64,000 nt of DNA, taken from assembly GCA_041649295.1 (NCBI GenBank), contig JBAZNI010000002.1:141356-205355 (forward strand), given 5' to 3'. The notes under the pieces were generated by a model. The model was not told the DNA's origin. It was given only the letters and a program-made list of their open reading frames with translations, and did not search any database. The translations under genes and the position numbers were made by a program. The DNA is from Candidatus Pacearchaeota archaeon. GTDB taxonomy: Archaea; Nanobdellota; Nanobdellia; Pacearchaeales; GW2011-AR1. Position 1 is the stretch's first letter; each line of letters opens with the position of its first letter. Positions 60,623 through 64,000 of the stretch are shown here, one piece after another.

Positions 60623-61728
60623 AACCACTCTTTTAGTCTTTTTTGCTTTCCAAACTGACTTAATAAAACTGAATTATTTGTGTAATGTTCTATTGGGATA
60701 GTTAATCGTTTTTGGATGTCGTTGAGAGCTTCTTTTAGTGTTTGAAATTTACTAAAGGGCTGTTTAAACGCGCCTCTTGCATTTTCTCTCAAGATTCCTA
60801 CCCCTAACGGAACATCATAAGTTGGAAGAACTTCTCTGAAAAATATACAGGAACACTGGCGATTTATTTTTATTAGATATTCACACAATGCAAGGCGGTT
60901 TGCATAATAAGCTCCTGTAACATTTGCTGCGTAGTTTTTTCTTCTGTAAAAACCTTCATAATCTTTCCATATTCCTAAATCTTTTGTAGAAATTTCTATA
61001 ACTTCAAATGAAAATTTATCAGGTAATAGCAGGATTTCATAATGATTTCCCAAGTATTCTGAATTAAACACCTGAAAATCGTTAATCTCATTAAAAAAGC
61101 GAATTTTTTTAAGCATTTCTTTTGAAAGAGTATCATCAACAGCAGTTATTGCCCATTTTGTTGGAACTAGTTTTCTGTTTTCTTTTAAACCTAAGAGTCC
61201 TGCTGAAAGAATCTTTATGATATTGCTTACCTCTAATTTATAATTATACAATTCTTTTATCCCCTCTGCTGATTTTAGTTTTGTATCTGATGAAATATAG
61301 TCTGCTTTTGGATGTATTTTGGGGTTTTCCTCTAAGTTTATATCTTCTAATGGTGCAGGATTTCCAATAATTGGGACAGAAAACTCTTTTATCTCATAAC
61401 TTGCTGGAGATTTTTGGAGGAAAAATTCTGCAGAAACAGATTTTCTTGCAAGTGCTACTTGGTTTAATGCAGAAGTTAGTTTAGTAATTTTTTTTGGCTT
61501 TATATCTGCTTTAAATCTTGCATAAAGCAGTTGTTTTCTGTAATTAATAATTTCTTTCATAGAAGCATTTTTTTCATACCATTTTTCAGGAGAGGAAAAA
61601 TCTTCTGTATCTCCAGATTTAACAGGGGACAATATTCCTGCATAAACTTTTGGGTACCCTTCTCTCCCTATAAATATCTCTGGAGGAGTGCTTCCTTTAA
61701 ATTGTTTTTTGTTAAGAAATTCTTCCAT
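60619..61728 (-). CDS. Nre-family putative DNA repair protein
   Basis: N-terminal FKGSTPPEIFIGREGYPKVYAGILSP and the overall length fit archaeal Nre (DUF650/651) proteins. Confidence 0.7.
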   Translation of the reverse strand: MEEFLNKKQFKGSTPPEIFIGREGYPKVYAGILSPVKSGDTEDFSSPEKWYEKNASMKEIINYRKQLLYARFKADIKPKKITKLTSALNQVALARKSVSAEFFLQKSPASYEIKEFSVPIIGNPAPLEDINLEENPKIHPKADYISSDTKLKSAEGIKELYNYKLEVSNIIKILSAGLLGLKENRKLVPTKWAITAVDDTLSKEMLKKIRFFNEINDFQVFNSEYLGNHYEILLLPDKFSFEVIEISTKDLGIWKDYEGFYRRKNYAANVTGAYYANRLALCEYLIKINRQCSCIFFREVLPTYDVPLGVGILRENARGAFKQPFSKFQTLKEALNDIQKRLTIPIEHYTNNSVLLSQFGKQKRLKEWF

Positions 61729-61823
61729 AAATATTATTATGATTTTATATCTGTTTTCTTTTATTCAAAAATATCTAAAGCGTTAATACACTTTTTTTCA
61801 TTAGATTTAGGTATTTTATGGAA

Positions 61824-62021
61824 CTAATTCTTTAAATCACTTATTCCAAGCATTAGAAATAAAAGTCCTATCATTATTATGAACCAGACTATTCCCCCTT
61901 TAAGGAATTCCCATGCTGCTGTTCCAAAATTCCAGAATCCCAGATTTTGAGTGTATGCCCATAAAAATATTGCAACTACAATCAAAATCAGTCCTGCCAA
62001 AATTTCAAGCCATTTATTCAT
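61824..62021 (-). CDS. small membrane protein
   Basis: 65 aa with two TM helices. Confidence 0.4.
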   Translation of the reverse strand: MNKWLEILAGLILIVVAIFLWAYTQNLGFWNFGTAAWEFLKGGIVWFIIMIGLLFLMLGISDLKN

Positions 62022-62277
62022 ATAATATTATTATTTTCTGCATTTAAAAAGATATTTATAATAGACAAGATATTTCATTTACTTTTTAATTTATTTAGCA
62101 ACCCTTTTTTTTCTCATTTTTTAGTTTATATAACTGTTATGAAATCTTGTATAAACTGTATGTTGTCTTGGATTGCTTTGGCATTGCAGACCCTTTAATG
62201 TATATAATCTAGCAATTAACTTCAAAGAGTATTGAAGTCTTCAAATTATTTATAAAGGTGGTTTGCTATTGGTTTGT

Positions 62278-64000
62278 ATGAAAAAATTACAATTGCTTAA
62301 TGTATTGCTGATTGTTTGTATAGCAATATTTGCAATTCTTGTATTTAGCATTTTTCAGCAACAACCTGATTCTGGAACTGAGAAAATCAATAAATTTAAT
62401 TCTTATAAAGAGCTGGCTGAATTTGTGAATAAATCGAGTTCTTCTTATTATAGCTATTATGGCAGAGAAGGTATAGGAGGCATGGAAATACCTAATGCAG
62501 TTATGGAGGAGAAAGACAGCAGTTCTGAATCTGGCGGAGCAGGGGATTATTCTGCCACTAATATACAAGTAGAGGGTGTTGATGAGCCAGATATTGTAAA
62601 AAATGACGGAAAATATATTTATGCTGTTTCTGGAAATAAAGTATTCATTATTAATGCTTATCCTGCAGAATCTATGGAAATTATTTCTGAAATAAATTTA
62701 AACAAAAGTGTTAGTAATATATTTATTAATGGAAATAAATTAGTGATTTTTTCAAATGGGCATAATTATATTCCTTATGTTGCAGATTGTGCTGTTGATA
62801 GTGCTGGAATGATGAAGGACTGCGGAGGTTATTCAGAGTCTTCAACTATTGCCTCTGTTTATGATATATCTGACAAAGAAAATCCAGAACTTGAAGATGA
62901 ATTTTCTTCAGATGGTTATTATGTTGATGCAAGAATGATTGATAAATATGTTTACTTAATTTCTTCAAAATACATTTATACAGACAATATTTTTATGCCA
63001 AGTTTTTCAGCTAATGGTATTAAAGAAACTGTTTCTGCAAGTGATGTGTACTATTTTGGATATTCAGATAATAATTATGTATTTAATTCAATTATGGCAA
63101 TAAACTTAGATAATGGAGAGTATGAAAGCAAAGTCTATCTCACAGGGGGTTCAACTTCTTTGTATGTTTCTGAAAATAGTATTTATTTTACTACTATTAA
63201 ATCTATAGGTTATCATGAGATTATAGATAAGAGGATTGAAGAAGTTTATTTTGAAATACTTCCCAACTCTGAAATATCAGAAATAAAAAATATTCTTGAT
63301 TCAGATGAAGAAGATTATAAAAAATACAATAAAATTGAGGAAATTATATATGAATATTCTAATTCATTAACTGGAGAGGAAAAAGATAAATTTGATTCTG
63401 ACTTAAAGGATAAAATAGAAGAATTTCAGATTAAAATTTCTAAAGAATTAGAAAAGACAATTGTGCATAAAGTAAGCATTGATGGAAGTGAGATTAATTA
63501 TAAAGGAAGTGGAGAAGTTCCTGGGCAAGTTTTGAATCAGTTTTCAATGGACGAGTACCGGGGAAATTTTAGAATTGCAACTACTACTGGCAATACTTGG
63601 AGCGAAACAAGCTATAACCACCTCTATGTTTTAGATGAAGATTTAAAGATAATTGGAAAAATTGAAGATTTAGCTAAAGGTGAAAGAATTTATTCTGTTC
63701 GTTTCTTGGGAAGCAAGGCATATATGGTTACATTTAGGCAGGTGGACCCTTTATACGTAATTGATTTATCTGATTCTGAAAACCCTGAAGTTTTGGGTTA
63801 TCTTAAGGTAACAGGATATTCGAGTTATCTTCATCCTTATGACGAAAATCATATAATTGGTGTGGGAATGGAGGCAAATGAACAGGGAAGAACTCAAGGG
63901 ATGAAAATCGCTTTGTTTGATGTTTCTGATTTTGAAAATCCAAAGGAAATGAGCAAATATGAAGTTGAAGGGGTGTGGAGTTATTCGCCTGCGTTATATG
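62278..64000 (+). CDS. secreted beta-propeller domain protein (Beta_propel family), 3'-truncated by the window edge
   Basis: Hand translation from ATG 62278: MKKLQLLNVLLIVCIAIFAILVF...DYSATNIQVEGVDEPDIVKNDGKYIYAVSGNKVFIINAYP...FRQVDPLYVIDLSD. Absent from the ORF track because it has no stop in the window. Confidence 0.75.
   Translation, partial: MKKLQLLNVLLIVCIAIFAILVFSIFQQQPDSGTEKINKFNSYKELAEFVNKSSSSYYSYYGREGIGGMEIPNAVMEEKDSSSESGGAGDYSATNIQVEGVDEPDIVKNDGKYIYAVSGNKVFIINAYPAESMEIISEINLNKSVSNIFINGNKLVIFSNGHNYIPYVADCAVDSAGMMKDCGGYSESSTIASVYDISDKENPELEDEFSSDGYYVDARMIDKYVYLISSKYIYTDNIFMPSFSANGIKETVSASDVYYFGYSDNNYVFNSIMAINLDNGEYESKVYLTGGSTSLYVSENSIYFTTIKSIGYHEIIDKRIEEVYFEILPNSEISEIKNILDSDEEDYKKYNKIEEIIYEYSNSLTGEEKDKFDSDLKDKIEEFQIKISKELEKTIVHKVSIDGSEINYKGSGEVPGQVLNQFSMDEYRGNFRIATTTGNTWSETSYNHLYVLDEDLKIIGKIEDLAKGERIYSVRFLGSKAYMVTFRQVDPLYVIDLSDSENPEVLGYLKVTGYSSYLHPYDENHIIGVGMEANEQGRTQGMKIALFDVSDFENPKEMSKYEVEGVWSYSPALY

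Noticed and set aside
62287-62568. 93-aa minus-strand ORF
   Set aside because: It is a shadow of the beta-propeller gene that starts at 62278 on the plus strand.

Overview
Visibly AT-rich archaeal window with compact, mostly leaderless genes, most consistent with a small-genome DPANN-type archaeon (Woese-/Pace-/Nanoarchaeota-like). The archaeal assignment rests on TFB, TFE-alpha, Alba, an Sm protein, the EndA splicing endonuclease, ribosomal proteins eS1, eL42, eS8, eS17 and uS15, SRP54/FtsY, and tRNAs with long anticodon-loop introns. 

Content:
- About 70 CDS and 9 tRNA genes; tRNA-Arg and tRNA-Leu each carry an intron of about 60 nt.
- Four aminoacyl-tRNA synthetases. HisRS and GlyRS look ordinary in type; LeuRS and a shortened AlaRS look bacterial-type.
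- A 2-oxoacid:ferredoxin oxidoreductase, an AMP-forming acyl-CoA synthetase, a minimal [FeFe]-hydrogenase-like protein, a radical SAM/SPASM enzyme and TspO.
- An AbiE-like toxin-antitoxin pair and many secreted or membrane-anchored surface proteins.
- I saw no rRNA, CRISPR array, integrase or transposase.

Most interesting observations:
1. Two paralogous proteins (40921..41676 and 55809..56612) each carry an abrupt A-depleted, rare-codon patch near the C-terminus. It looks like a diversity-generating-retroelement variable region, but no RT or template repeat is in the window.
2. A conserved module of about 64 nt sits directly 3' of tRNA-Gln and tRNA-Arg, each time followed by a duplicate of that tRNA's own 3' end. 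It is tandemly doubled at tRNA-Arg.
3. The tRNA-Arg and tRNA-Leu introns are homologous. A third copy lies outside any tRNA, antisense to the rps3ae leader and abutting its start codon.
4. A 1.2-kb islet carrying an HNH endonuclease is bounded by a 13-nt repeat of the tRNA-Thr 3' end.
5. An operon encodes a small RHH protein, a 629-aa prepilin-type protein and a 1908-aa secreted giant ending in a lytic-transglycosylase-like domain.
6. tRNA-His lies 7 nt upstream of hisS.

tRNA, repeat and alternative-start coordinates were derived by hand and may be off by 1-2 nt. All functional calls come from motif recognition, not database searches.
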